Shown piece after piece: positions 24,848-33,829 of a DNA stretch of 64,000 nt. Position 1 is the first letter of the stretch. The number at the start of each line of letters is the position of its first letter. Made by a program: the position numbers and the translations under genes. Source of the stretch: Rhodoferax sp. OV413 (GTDB taxonomy: Bacteria > Pseudomonadota > Gammaproteobacteria > Burkholderiales > Burkholderiaceae_C). Under the pieces are notes generated by a model. It was not told the origin of the DNA. It saw only the letters and a program-made list of their open reading frames with translations, and ran no database searches. The stretch lies in assembly GCA_943371745.1 (NCBI GenBank), contig CALRWE010000001.1, forward strand, positions 14,290 to 78,289, given 5' to 3'.

Positions 24848-25171
24848 TCAGGCTTGTGCGGCCAGCGCCTTTTGCAATTCGCCGTTTTCGTACATCTCCA
24901 TCATGATGTCCGAGCCGCCAATGAATTCGCCCTTGACGTAGAGTTGGGGAATGGTGGGCCAGTTGCTGTAGTCCTTGATGCCCGCCCGAACAGCGTCATC
25001 TTCCAGCACATTCACGGTCGTGAGGGCTTTGGCGTCCACGCCGCAGGCTTTCAGAATCTGAATGGCCCGGCCGGAGAAACCGCATTGCGGGAAACTGGCA
25101 TTGCCCTTCATGAAAAGCACGACCTCGTTGGATTTCACCAGGTCGTCGATGCGTTGTTGTGTGTCGCTCAT
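24848..25171 (-). CDS. grxD: Monothiol glutaredoxin (Grx4 family)
   Basis: It has the CGFS active site ([10 protein letters not shown]) and is 107 aa. Confidence 0.93.
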   Translation of the reverse strand: MSDTQQRIDDLVKSNEVVLFMKGNASFPQCGFSGRAIQILKACGVDAKALTTVNVLEDDAVRAGIKDYSNWPTIPQLYVKGEFIGGSDIMMEMYENGELQKALAAQA

Positions 25172-25264
25172 GTCAATCGTCCTTCAATAAAGATGCCGTA
25201 ATTATTTCACTTTCTCCACTCAAGTGGCGCAGGTAACCTTGCGTCGCCAAGGGCTTGTGAGGTG

Positions 25265-25330
25265 ATTGCTATGAAATTTAAACCCCTCTAGTTAAATAAG
25301 ACAGTGGCTACAGCTTGATTTGAGCGAAAC
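25265..25330. repeat. AT-rich intergenic repeat, copy 2
   Basis: It contains attgctatgaaatttaaacccctctagttaaataagacagtggctacagc. The ttgctatgaaa core is identical to the copy at 27526. Confidence 0.45.
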
Positions 25331-25432
25331 TGGCAGATGGGGGTGGCCCGGCCTTGTCCGAAAAGGCCGGTGCGCGTGGCATCTGTGAAAATAGAGCTCT
25401 CGAATGCTCAATTCTCCAACCCAGGCCCGTTC

Positions 25433-25909
25433 ATGAAAATCGAAAAAAACACCGCTGTCACCTTGCGCTACAAGGTCACCGATCCGCAAGGCAAGTTGCT
25501 GGAGCAAAGCCAGGCGCCCATGGTGTACCTGCACGGAGGCTACGACAACACCTTCCCCAAACTTGAAGCCGCGCTGGAAGGGCAAGTGCCCGGCTTCCAG
25601 ACCACGGTGGACCTGCAGCCTGAAGACGCCTTTGGGTTGCGCGACGAGAGCCTGGTGCAAAGTATTCCCAAAAGCCAGTTTCCCCCCGGCGTGAAGGTCG
25701 GCGGCCAATTGCAAAGCCGGGGCGCTGACGGAGAAGCCCATATGTTCAACGTCACGAAAATCAAGGGCGACACCGTCCTGCTGGACGGCAACCATCCGCT
25801 GGCCGGCAAGGCCTTGCGTTTGAGCGTCAACGTGACCGATGTACGGCTGGCCAGTGAGGAAGAGATTGCCCACCGCCATGTGCACGGAGAGCACGGCCAT
25901 CACCATTGA
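25433..25909 (+). CDS. slyD: FKBP-type peptidyl-prolyl isomerase SlyD with His-rich tail
   Basis: It has the SlyD-like N-terminus MKIEKNTAVTLRYKV, an IF-domain insertion and the C-terminal tail HRHVHGEHGHHH. Confidence 0.85.
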   Translation: MKIEKNTAVTLRYKVTDPQGKLLEQSQAPMVYLHGGYDNTFPKLEAALEGQVPGFQTTVDLQPEDAFGLRDESLVQSIPKSQFPPGVKVGGQLQSRGADGEAHMFNVTKIKGDTVLLDGNHPLAGKALRLSVNVTDVRLASEEEIAHRHVHGEHGHHH

Positions 25910-25920
25910 TCAAGGGTGGA

Positions 25921-26514
25921 TCAAGACGCGTCAGACCGCTTGGAGGCCATCCAGGCAATGAGTGTCGAGCGCATGGCCTCTTCCACTGACATGTCGATCG
26001 GCTCAATCCAGGTGCGGGGCACAAACACGGTGTAGCCGCCAATCATGTAGCCCATGGGCAGATAGACCGCCACTTGGTCGGTTTCAGCCAGGCCCTTGGG
26101 CAGGCCGTACATGCTTTGGCGGGTGACCAAGCCCACAATGGACATCTCGTTTCCGGGCATGCGCAGCACCACCACTTGCTGGCTGTGCTCCTGGTGGGGC
26201 GAGAAGAAGTCGGCAAAGTTCTTGAGCGACGAATAAATGCTCTTGACCACCGGCAGGTTCGTAAACGGAAACTCAACCCAGGACAGCAGCCGCGTGGTCA
26301 CGGGTTGCGAGATCAGGAAACCCAGGCCGACGATCGCCCCCACGCCCAGAACAATGCCCAGGCCAGGGAGGTAAAAGTCGCCAATGATGGGGCTGATCAC
26401 ACTCATGGCCAGCGAATCCATCCACGAGATGAACATGTACAGCACATAAACCGTCAGGCCCAGGGGCAGGATCGTCATCAGACCACGAAAAAAATACTGG
26501 GACAGGCGTTTCAT
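25921..26514 (-). CDS. DUF502 family membrane protein (paralog 1)
   Basis: MKRLSQYFFRGLMTILPLGLTVYVL is the typical DUF502 N-terminus, and there are 2 TM segments. The ORF extends to 26547. Confidence 0.7.
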   Translation of the reverse strand: MKRLSQYFFRGLMTILPLGLTVYVLYMFISWMDSLAMSVISPIIGDFYLPGLGIVLGVGAIVGLGFLISQPVTTRLLSWVEFPFTNLPVVKSIYSSLKNFADFFSPHQEHSQQVVVLRMPGNEMSIVGLVTRQSMYGLPKGLAETDQVAVYLPMGYMIGGYTVFVPRTWIEPIDMSVEEAMRSTLIAWMASKRSDAS

Positions 26515-26625
26515 CTGGGGGGTGGAGAACATGGGTGGCGCTAGCAAAGAGGGCCCGAAGGCGGTGCGCCAGCATACCAGTGGCAGGGCCGCGCGATGGT
26601 GCGCTGTCCCGGGGTTGGCCGCTGG

Positions 26626-27525
26626 TCAGCTTGGCGTGGCTGGTGTTCTACCGCCGCTGCAACGCTCAATGCCATTGAGGTCTTTGCGGGATTGCACATC
26701 CTCAAAGCCGGCGGTTTCCAGCAACTCCCGCACGGTGGCCGCCTGGTCGTAGCCGTGTTCCAGCAGCAACCAGCCGCCCGGTTGCAGGCAGGCGCTGGCC
26801 TGCGCAATGATCAGGCGCAGGTCATCAAGCCCGTCTGCACCGCTGACCAGCGCTTGCAGCGGCTCGTGGGTCAGGGCTGGCAAGTGTGAGTCGTGTGCGG
26901 CGATGTAAGGCGGGTTGGAGACGATGAGGTCCAACCGCGGTGTGGCGGGGGGCAGGGCGCCCAACCAGCTGCCCTGATGAAACTCGATGGCCAGCCCAAG
27001 GCGCTGCGCGTTGGCCTGGGCCACGGCGAGCGCATCCAGGCTGTCGTCAGTCGCGACTACCTGCAGCGCGGGCCGGGTGGCTTTGAGCGCCAGTGCAATG
27101 GCGCCACTGCCGGTGCCAAGGTCCAGCGCGCGCAGGGGGCGCGGCGTGGCCAGCGCTATTTGGACAGATGCCGCGTCCAGCGCCTCCAGCGCCCAATCCA
27201 CCAGGGTTTCGGTGTCCGGCCTCGGCACCAGCACGCGGGCATCGACGTGCAGGGTTAGGCCAAAAAACTCTTTGCGGCCACTTAAGTAGGCCAGCGGTTC
27301 GCCTTGCAGGCGTCTTTGGGCCAAGGCGTCAAGGTCCTTCAGGGTGGCTGGATCCACCGGGTCGGTGTCGTGCGCGAGCAGCCAGGCGCGCTGACGATCC
27401 GGCTGCTTGAGGGCTTGCAACAGCAACAACTGGGCATCCAGCCGGTCCAGCCCACGTGCTTGCAGCGTTGCCAGCGTACTGGCAACCGAGGGCCGGGGAG
27501 CGGGTGGCGCCATGGCGTCGTTCAT
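26626..27525 (-). CDS. prmC: Release factor glutamine methyltransferase PrmC/HemK
   Basis: It has the SAM motif LDLGTGSGAIA and the NPPY catalytic motif (VSNPPYI), and lies downstream of prfA. The start is taken at MNDAMAPP. The 9 extra codons in the ORF track are encoded by the intergenic repeat. Confidence 0.9.
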   Translation of the reverse strand: MNDAMAPPAPRPSVASTLATLQARGLDRLDAQLLLLQALKQPDRQRAWLLAHDTDPVDPATLKDLDALAQRRLQGEPLAYLSGRKEFFGLTLHVDARVLVPRPDTETLVDWALEALDAASVQIALATPRPLRALDLGTGSGAIALALKATRPALQVVATDDSLDALAVAQANAQRLGLAIEFHQGSWLGALPPATPRLDLIVSNPPYIAAHDSHLPALTHEPLQALVSGADGLDDLRLIIAQASACLQPGGWLLLEHGYDQAATVRELLETAGFEDVQSRKDLNGIERCSGGRTPATPS

Positions 27526-27592
27526 TGCTATGAAAATAAGCAGTCTTGCCATTTATATTCAATGGCTAGAGGGCATTTAGTCAATAAATAAA
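27526..27592. repeat. AT-rich intergenic repeat, copy 3 (between prfA and prmC)
   Basis: It contains tgctatgaaaataagcagtcttgccatttatattcaatggctagagggcatttagtcaataaataaa, including the inverted repeat gccatt/aatggc. Confidence 0.5.
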
Positions 27593-28693
27593 TCACGCAC
27601 CGGCTCCCACTTCCAGCGCGGCCAGTTGTTCTGCTGCTTCATAGGCTTGCAGAGCCTGGACCACATCATCGAGGTCGCCTTCCATGATGTAGAGCAGTTT
27701 GTAGAGGGTGAGGTTGATGCGGTGGTCGGTCAGGCGGCCCTGCGGGAAGTTATAGGTGCGAATGCGGTCACTGCGGTCGCCCGTCCCAATCAGGCCCTTT
27801 CGCTCAGCGGCGTCCTTGGCGGCGCGCTCAGAGCGGTCTTTTTCATGGATGCGGGCGGTCAGCACCTTGAGCGCCTGAGCCTTGTTGCTGTGCTGGCTGC
27901 GACCGTCCTGGCACTCGGCCACGATCCCGGTGGGCAGGTGGGTGATGCGCACGGCCGAGTCGGTCTTGTTGATATGCTGGCCGCCGGCGCCGCTGGCGCG
28001 GTAGGTGTCGATACGCAGGTCCGAGGGGTTGATCTGGATCGCCTCCTGCTCGTCCGGCTCGGCCAGCACCGCCACCGTGCAGGCGCTGGTGTGAATGCGC
28101 CCCTGGGTCTCGGTGGCGGGTACACGCTGCACACGGTGGCCGCCGGACTCGAACTTGAGCGTGCCGTACACGTTGTCACCCTCAATCCGGATCACCACCT
28201 CTTTGTAGCCCCCCAACTCGCTGGGGGACTCACTCATCACCTCGGTCTTCCAGCCCCGGCGCTCGCAAAAACGGGTGTACATGCGCAGCAGGTCACCGGC
28301 AAACAGGGCCGATTCATCGCCCCCGGTGCCGGCGCGGATTTCCATGAACGCGTTGCGCGCGTCGTCCGGGTCCTTGGGCAGCAGCATGCGCTGCAATTCG
28401 CCGTCGAGCTGGCTGATCTCGGCGGCGGCACTGTCAATTTCTTCTTGTGCCATCTCGGCCAGATCGGCGTCGGTGGCAGCGCTCTTGAGCATCTCCTGGG
28501 CGCCTGCCAGGTCAGCCTCGCGCTGCAGGTAGCGTGACCAGCGGGTGGTCACGGCCGACACATCGGTGTGCTCGCGTGACAGCACGAGAAACTGCTTCAT
28601 GTCTTTCATGATGTCTTCGCGCGAGAGCAAAAACTCAAGCTCCCCCAGGCGGTCGGCATAGCGGGCGAGTTGTTGGCGGAGGAAGGGTTTCAT
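27593..28693 (-). CDS. prfA: Peptide chain release factor 1
   Basis: It has the GGQ motif ([23 protein letters not shown]) and the PxT-type recognition region. The start is taken at MKPFLRQQL. Confidence 0.96.
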   Translation of the reverse strand: MKPFLRQQLARYADRLGELEFLLSREDIMKDMKQFLVLSREHTDVSAVTTRWSRYLQREADLAGAQEMLKSAATDADLAEMAQEEIDSAAAEISQLDGELQRMLLPKDPDDARNAFMEIRAGTGGDESALFAGDLLRMYTRFCERRGWKTEVMSESPSELGGYKEVVIRIEGDNVYGTLKFESGGHRVQRVPATETQGRIHTSACTVAVLAEPDEQEAIQINPSDLRIDTYRASGAGGQHINKTDSAVRITHLPTGIVAECQDGRSQHSNKAQALKVLTARIHEKDRSERAAKDAAERKGLIGTGDRSDRIRTYNFPQGRLTDHRINLTLYKLLYIMEGDLDDVVQALQAYEAAEQLAALEVGAGA

Positions 28694-28893
28694 AGCGTCA
28701 AAAATTTTGGGGCAGTCTGGACTGAAGATGCGCGTGCGGCCCTGCTCGAGGGCGGCCATCCTGGCCGCAGAGGCGAAGCAGGCGGCATGCGCAAAACCAT
28801 TCCGCGAAGTATCGCACCTTGATTGGCTCTGAGCGCCGCCGCCAGGGCCCCGGCCGGGGAGATGGGCGGGTCTGTGTCCGATACACTCGCCAA

Positions 28894-30336
28894 ATGTCCT
28901 CCCTCTATATTGACCATTTCGGTTTACGAAAGCCCCCGTTTCAGATAACGCCTGATCTTGATTTCTTCTTTACTGGCGGGCGCAGGGGCGACATTTTGAC
29001 CGCGCTGCTTCACGTCGCGACCCATGACGAAGGCATCATCACCCTGGTGGCAGAAGTGGGCAGCGGCAAAACGCTGCTGGCGCGCTTGATGATCATGCGA
29101 CTGGACCCGCAGGTTTTTGCCATTTATCTGGCGAATCCATGCTTCAGCCGCGACGAGATCATTGCCGCTATTGCCCGGGACCTGGGTCTCACCGATTTGG
29201 CGACCAACATTGAAGGAAAGCTCGCCGCGCTGCAGCAGGAGTTGCTGCGCCGACACGCCCAGGGGCAGCGCGTGGTGCTCGTCATTGATGAAGCACACGC
29301 CATGCCCGTGGAGTCTCTCGAAGAAGTGCGCCTGCTCTCCAATTTGGAAACCGGTCAGCACAAACTGATCAACATCATGTTGTTTGGGCAGCCGGAGCTC
29401 GACGCCCTCCTGGCCGAACCCCGGTTGCGCCAGGTGCGCGACCGGGTCATCCATCGGTTTGAGCTGCGAGCGCTGCAGGCTGTGGAGGCCAACGCCTACA
29501 TTGACCACCGGTTAAGAGCCGCCGGCTGGCAGGGTGCGGGGCTTTTTTCAGCCAGTGCGATGACTCGTTTGGTCAAAGCCTCCGGGGGCCGTGCCCGGCG
29601 CATCAATTTGTTGGCCGACAAAGCGTTGTTGGCAGCCTATGCTCAGGGCTCCTTGACGGTTGAATTGCCCCACGTCGAAAGTGCCGTGCAGGAGTTACCC
29701 AATGGCGCCATGCACGCGGCAGACAAGGTGGGCAGGCGTCCATGGTCGATGCCTGGCCTGAGTGGGGTGCTGGCCGTATTCGTGACCGCCTCAGCGGTGG
29801 GTCTGCTGGGTTGGTACCTCAAAGGGGGGTCGAGCGAACCTGCCGACCAGGTCAAGCCTGTGGCGCTGGTGAATCCCAACACCGGACTGCCGACGGTTTC
29901 GGTCGCCAAGGGCATGGCTGGGCCTGGGCCCGTCCGCAACTCGAATCCTGCAGCCCGGCCGCCCCCAACAGAAGACAAACCCCTCTTGAAGCGGGCACCG
30001 CCAACCACTGGTACGCGGTCCCAAGAGGTGCTCGAACGCACGCAAACCCGGGTGTTGGAGACGCCGCTAATTGGCTATACTGTTCAGCTAGGTGCGTTCG
30101 AGACTATCGATGGTTTGGATCCTTATCTGACCCGAATGGGGGCTTGGCTTGACCCGTCCCAGATGTATGCGCAGTTCAGTGATTACAAGGGTAAAACTTA
30201 TATGGCGGTTTATTTTGGCAACTTCGGGTCAGCTGCGGAAGGCGCTCGTGCCATTCAGTCCTGGCCTCCCGCTGTAAGGGAAAATCGCCCATTGGTAAGA
30301 TCCTGGGCTAAAGTGAAACAGGAACAAACACCTTGA
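28894..30336 (+). CDS. ExeA/MshM/GspA-like AAA ATPase with TM segment and C-terminal SPOR domain
   Basis: The N-terminus [19 protein letters not shown] is typical of ExeA/MshM. It has the Walker A motif EVGSGKT and the Walker B motif [11 protein letters not shown] segment ([21 protein letters not shown]) and a Pro-rich linker follow. The C-terminal SPOR-like region is YTVQLGAFE...[18 protein letters not shown]. Confidence 0.8.
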   Translation: MSSLYIDHFGLRKPPFQITPDLDFFFTGGRRGDILTALLHVATHDEGIITLVAEVGSGKTLLARLMIMRLDPQVFAIYLANPCFSRDEIIAAIARDLGLTDLATNIEGKLAALQQELLRRHAQGQRVVLVIDEAHAMPVESLEEVRLLSNLETGQHKLINIMLFGQPELDALLAEPRLRQVRDRVIHRFELRALQAVEANAYIDHRLRAAGWQGAGLFSASAMTRLVKASGGRARRINLLADKALLAAYAQGSLTVELPHVESAVQELPNGAMHAADKVGRRPWSMPGLSGVLAVFVTASAVGLLGWYLKGGSSEPADQVKPVALVNPNTGLPTVSVAKGMAGPGPVRNSNPAARPPPTEDKPLLKRAPPTTGTRSQEVLERTQTRVLETPLIGYTVQLGAFETIDGLDPYLTRMGAWLDPSQMYAQFSDYKGKTYMAVYFGNFGSAAEGARAIQSWPPAVRENRPLVRSWAKVKQEQTP

Positions 30337-30371
30337 CCCCGTCAATTACACGCACCGGTTTTTCCGGTTGC

Positions 30372-32204
30372 ATGCCTCACGTCTTGCGAGACGCAGGGTT
30401 GGTTTTGTTGGTTGTCGGCTTGACGGCCTGTGCGGCCCCGGCACCTCCAAAACTCTCCAGCCAGCACCTGCTCCCCGGCAACCTCGTCGCCGGGACCGTC
30501 CCGGACTTTGTCAACGCAGCTCCCCTGCCGCCGCCGCCCCGGCCAAGCGTGCGACAGGAGCTGTACAGCGTGGTCATGAAAAACGTCAGCGTGCAGGATT
30601 TGCTCTTTGCCCTGGCGCGGGATGCGAAGCTGAATGTAGACATCCACCCCAGCATCAGCGGCTCGGTCACCATGAATGTGCGTGACCAGACCTTGACTGA
30701 AATCCTGGACCGGGTGGCCCGCCAGGTCGACCTGCGGTACGAAGTCAACGGTATGAATTTATCCATACTGCCCGACTCCGCTTACCTCAAGCACTACCGG
30801 GTCGACTACCCCAATGTCCAGCGGGACGCCAAGTCCAGCATTGTGACCTCGACCAACGTGGCCAGTACTGGCGGCAGCGGCAGTGGTGGTGGCGGCAACG
30901 CTTCAACTTCGTCGATTGACAGCACCTCCAACAACCGGTTTTGGGTCACGTTAAACAGCAATCTGGTCGATTTGTTGCGGGAAACTGACAAACTCAGTCC
31001 TGAAGCGGGCAGGCCCACCGCGCCAGGGCAGGCCGGCCAAAGCGCCCCAGGGCAAGCACCCAGCCCGGCCTTGCCTGCGCCGTTGTCCGCGGCCGGGTCT
31101 GCTTTGGCCGCAGCTTCTGGAGGCGCCACAGCTCCGCTGGCAGCAGCGAGCGCCGCTGTGCCACGCAGTATTTTCCGCGAGGCAGCGTCGGTTATTTCCA
31201 ACCCGGAGACCGGTGTCATCAGCGTGCGTGCAACGCAAAGTCAACATGCCAAAGTGGGTGATTTTTTGTCCCGGGTGCTCAGTTCGGCGCGGCGTCAAGT
31301 GCTCATCGAGGCCACGATTGTCGAGGTGGACCTGTCCAATCGGTTTCAGCAGGGCATTGACTGGTCGCTGCTGCAAACGGCGGGCGCAAATGCGGGCTCG
31401 GGCATCGTCATCCGTCCCACGGGGGGGGGCACCAATGGTCTGCAAACCGGGGGTGTGGTCAGTTCAATTGCTTCGGTGGGCTTCAAGCAATTTCGCCTTT
31501 GGAACGGTGACACGGACCTGTCTGCCATGCTGAGCCTGCTTGAATCGTTTGGAACCCTGAAGGTTCTCTCCAGCCCCAAGGTATCGGTTTTGAACAACCA
31601 GAGCAGCGTCTTGAAGGTGGTGGACAACAAAGTCTATTTCACCATCTCGGTTACGCCCGGTACGGCGGCCACAGCGACAACCGCTGCCACGCCAGCCATC
31701 TACACAACAGACATCAAAACCGTGCCGATTGGTTTCTTGATGACCGTCGTCCCACAAATCAGTGAGAGCAGTGAAGTCACCCTGAACCTTCGCCCCACCA
31801 TCAGCCGCATCACAGGCTACGCCACTGACCCCAACCCCGTGCTGGCCCAAAACAACCTGGTCAACCGTATTCCCGAGGTGCAAACCCGTGAAATGGAATC
31901 GGTGTTGCGCGTGCAGTCGGGTGAGATCGCCATACTGGGTGGACTGATGCAGGACAGTCGCAACAACAACACAGACGGCGTGCCGGGCCTGAACCAGCTC
32001 TCAGTGTTCGGTGAGTTGTTCAAGTACCGCAATGACAGCACCAGCAAATCTGAACTGGTCATTTTTCTGCGGCCCACAGTGCTCAGGGATGCCAGCCTGA
32101 ACGCTGACTTCAAGGATTTCCGGGGTCTGCTTCCCAGCTCTGTTGATACGCCGCTGCCGGATGACAGTCCATTGCGAATGACGCTCCCGTACCCCCGGAA
32201 TTAG
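30372..32204 (+). CDS. Secretin, lipoprotein type (MshL/PilQ/GspD superfamily)
   Basis: It has a lipobox (LLVVGLTAC). The secretin C-domain motifs are VLSSPKVSVLNNQ..., VPGLNQLSVFGELFKYRNDSTSKSELVIFLRPTV. A Gly/Ser and Ala/Pro low-complexity linker is present. An alternative TTG start at 30333 overlaps the upstream stop. Confidence 0.88.
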   Translation: MPHVLRDAGLVLLVVGLTACAAPAPPKLSSQHLLPGNLVAGTVPDFVNAAPLPPPPRPSVRQELYSVVMKNVSVQDLLFALARDAKLNVDIHPSISGSVTMNVRDQTLTEILDRVARQVDLRYEVNGMNLSILPDSAYLKHYRVDYPNVQRDAKSSIVTSTNVASTGGSGSGGGGNASTSSIDSTSNNRFWVTLNSNLVDLLRETDKLSPEAGRPTAPGQAGQSAPGQAPSPALPAPLSAAGSALAAASGGATAPLAAASAAVPRSIFREAASVISNPETGVISVRATQSQHAKVGDFLSRVLSSARRQVLIEATIVEVDLSNRFQQGIDWSLLQTAGANAGSGIVIRPTGGGTNGLQTGGVVSSIASVGFKQFRLWNGDTDLSAMLSLLESFGTLKVLSSPKVSVLNNQSSVLKVVDNKVYFTISVTPGTAATATTAATPAIYTTDIKTVPIGFLMTVVPQISESSEVTLNLRPTISRITGYATDPNPVLAQNNLVNRIPEVQTREMESVLRVQSGEIAILGGLMQDSRNNNTDGVPGLNQLSVFGELFKYRNDSTSKSELVIFLRPTVLRDASLNADFKDFRGLLPSSVDTPLPDDSPLRMTLPYPRN

Positions 32205-32206
32205 AC

Positions 32207-33763
32207 ATGAGCCTGCTTCTTGACGCCCTTAACCGCGCCAGCCGGGACAAAGCTGCTGCTGAAGCCCCGTCCGACCCTCTGGCTGTTGGCGCCGTGGTGC
32301 CCGCTGCACCGCCCTTGGCTTTTGAATCCCAGGCTTCGCCGGTTCCAAGCGAGCCTCTGCCGTCAGCCACCAAAACGCCTGACTGGCCGTCGCTGGAGCC
32401 CTTGGAGTTCACGGTGACCTTGCCGGAGAAACCCGCTGCGCCCAGGCCGGAGACCCCGGCCCCGCCTCCAGCGAAGCTTGGCCCCGTGGCCTTGTCGCTG
32501 ACCCCCAAGGTCCCCGATATGGCTGTCAAGCCTGCCCCGCCAGCCCCGGCCGATCCCATGCCGGCAGAGCCCCCCTTGGTCGCAGTTGCAGAGCCGGCTC
32601 CTGGATTTGCCGGGGCATCCTCACCCGCCGTCGATGCTGGACGCCGGACAAAACCCCTTGGTGGTGAGCGTGCTGCGCAAAACATCGTGCGCGCCAAGGA
32701 AATTCCCGCGAGCAAAAAAAAGCAAGGCGTTGGGGCGTGGGTTGCCGTGGTGCTGGTCCTCGTTCTGGGTGCGGGCCTGTCCAGCGTGTTCCTGGGAGTG
32801 GGGGGCGACCCGATGGCGTGGATGAAGTCGCTGGGGTTGGGCCAACCCAGCCTCCAGGCGACGGGTGTGCCCGCGCCTGCCGGCGTACCCGCCGGCGTAC
32901 CCGCCGGGGAGGCGCCCGCAGTGTCACCGCCGGATCTGCCAGTCGCTGCGGTGGTCATGGCCCCTGCAACCCCCACCCCCGTGTCACGGTCAGTGCCTTC
33001 ACAAAAAACACCGGTGAAATCAGCCGCCTCCGCGCCGCCCGGCAAGGATCAGCGCAAGCTTGACGGCGGTTCAGTCCCGGCCAGAACCTGCCCACCCGGG
33101 ACTGTGCCGCCCGACTGCCTGCCGTCTGGCACGGACCAGCAGGCCGGTCTGCAAAGTCGCATCAGCGGGCCTTCCACCCTGGAATTGGGCTACGCTGCGC
33201 TGACCCGGGGGCAACTGCAAGAGGCGACCAAAGCCTACGAGCAAGCCTTGGTCCAAAACCCGGAAGAGCGCGATGCGTTGCTGGGGCTGGCCTATATCGC
33301 GCAGCAACAAAGCCGTCAAGACGAGGCCTTGTCACTGTACAAACGGGTGTTGCGGCAGGAGCCAGACAACGCCACAGCCCGCACCGGGGTGTTGACACTC
33401 ACCATGCTGGGTGATGCACAGGATTTTGGCAGCCGGTCCCGCGAAGTGGTCGATCAAAACCCGGATTCCGCTGAGGCGCAATCGATCCTGGGTCACGCCC
33501 TGGTTCGTCAGGAACGGCTCGCCGATGCCCGGTTGGCGTTTGCCAGGGCGTTGCAACTTGAGCCCCAGGTGGCACGCCACGCCTTCAACCTGGCAGTGGC
33601 TTTTGACCGCCTGCACAACTACGATGAGGCACGCCGGTTTTATGAGTTGACTGCCAATTTGGTGAAGAAGCCGGGTTCAGAGCGGTCAAGTGGCGTTGCA
33701 CTGCGTGATGTGCTTGTGAGGCTGGAGCAGCTTCGCTCAGCCCAGCAGGCTGGTCTCCAGTAA
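32207..33763 (+). CDS. Bitopic TPR-repeat protein (MshN-like architecture)
   Basis: The N-terminus is MSLLLDALNRASRDK (GspB/MshN-like). It has a long Pro/Ala-rich region, one TM (WVAVVLVLVLGAGLSSVFLGV) and C-terminal TPR repeats (ALLGLAYIAQQQSRQDEALSLYKRVL..., AEAQSILGHAL...). Confidence 0.7.
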   Translation: MSLLLDALNRASRDKAAAEAPSDPLAVGAVVPAAPPLAFESQASPVPSEPLPSATKTPDWPSLEPLEFTVTLPEKPAAPRPETPAPPPAKLGPVALSLTPKVPDMAVKPAPPAPADPMPAEPPLVAVAEPAPGFAGASSPAVDAGRRTKPLGGERAAQNIVRAKEIPASKKKQGVGAWVAVVLVLVLGAGLSSVFLGVGGDPMAWMKSLGLGQPSLQATGVPAPAGVPAGVPAGEAPAVSPPDLPVAAVVMAPATPTPVSRSVPSQKTPVKSAASAPPGKDQRKLDGGSVPARTCPPGTVPPDCLPSGTDQQAGLQSRISGPSTLELGYAALTRGQLQEATKAYEQALVQNPEERDALLGLAYIAQQQSRQDEALSLYKRVLRQEPDNATARTGVLTLTMLGDAQDFGSRSREVVDQNPDSAEAQSILGHALVRQERLADARLAFARALQLEPQVARHAFNLAVAFDRLHNYDEARRFYELTANLVKKPGSERSSGVALRDVLVRLEQLRSAQQAGLQ

Positions 33764-33829
33764 GAGCCCCATCAAGCGCAACCGTGCCCAAACTGCCTGC
33801 CTTTGACTGCCCACTAAATTGAACTGACC

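Noticed and set aside
25348-25370. Perfect 8-bp stem CCGGCCTT / AAGGCCGG with a 7-nt loop, about 60 nt upstream of slyD.
   Set aside because: It has no T-run and no second copy in the window. One isolated hairpin is too little evidence to call a terminator, riboswitch or REP element.
28694-28893. Checked the borders of the filament locus (28694-28893 and 44745 onward) for integrase or transposase genes, a tRNA attachment site, or flanking direct or inverted repeats.
   Set aside because: None was seen. The locus is therefore not called a mobile element or genomic island, only an operon-splitting insertion-like block.
32110-33045. 311-aa minus-strand ORF, rich in Ala/Gly/Pro/Thr, opposite the TPR protein gene.
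   Set aside because: It mirrors the Pro/Ala-rich coding region on the plus strand. The plus-strand frame continues into clear TM and TPR segments and is translationally coupled to its neighbours.
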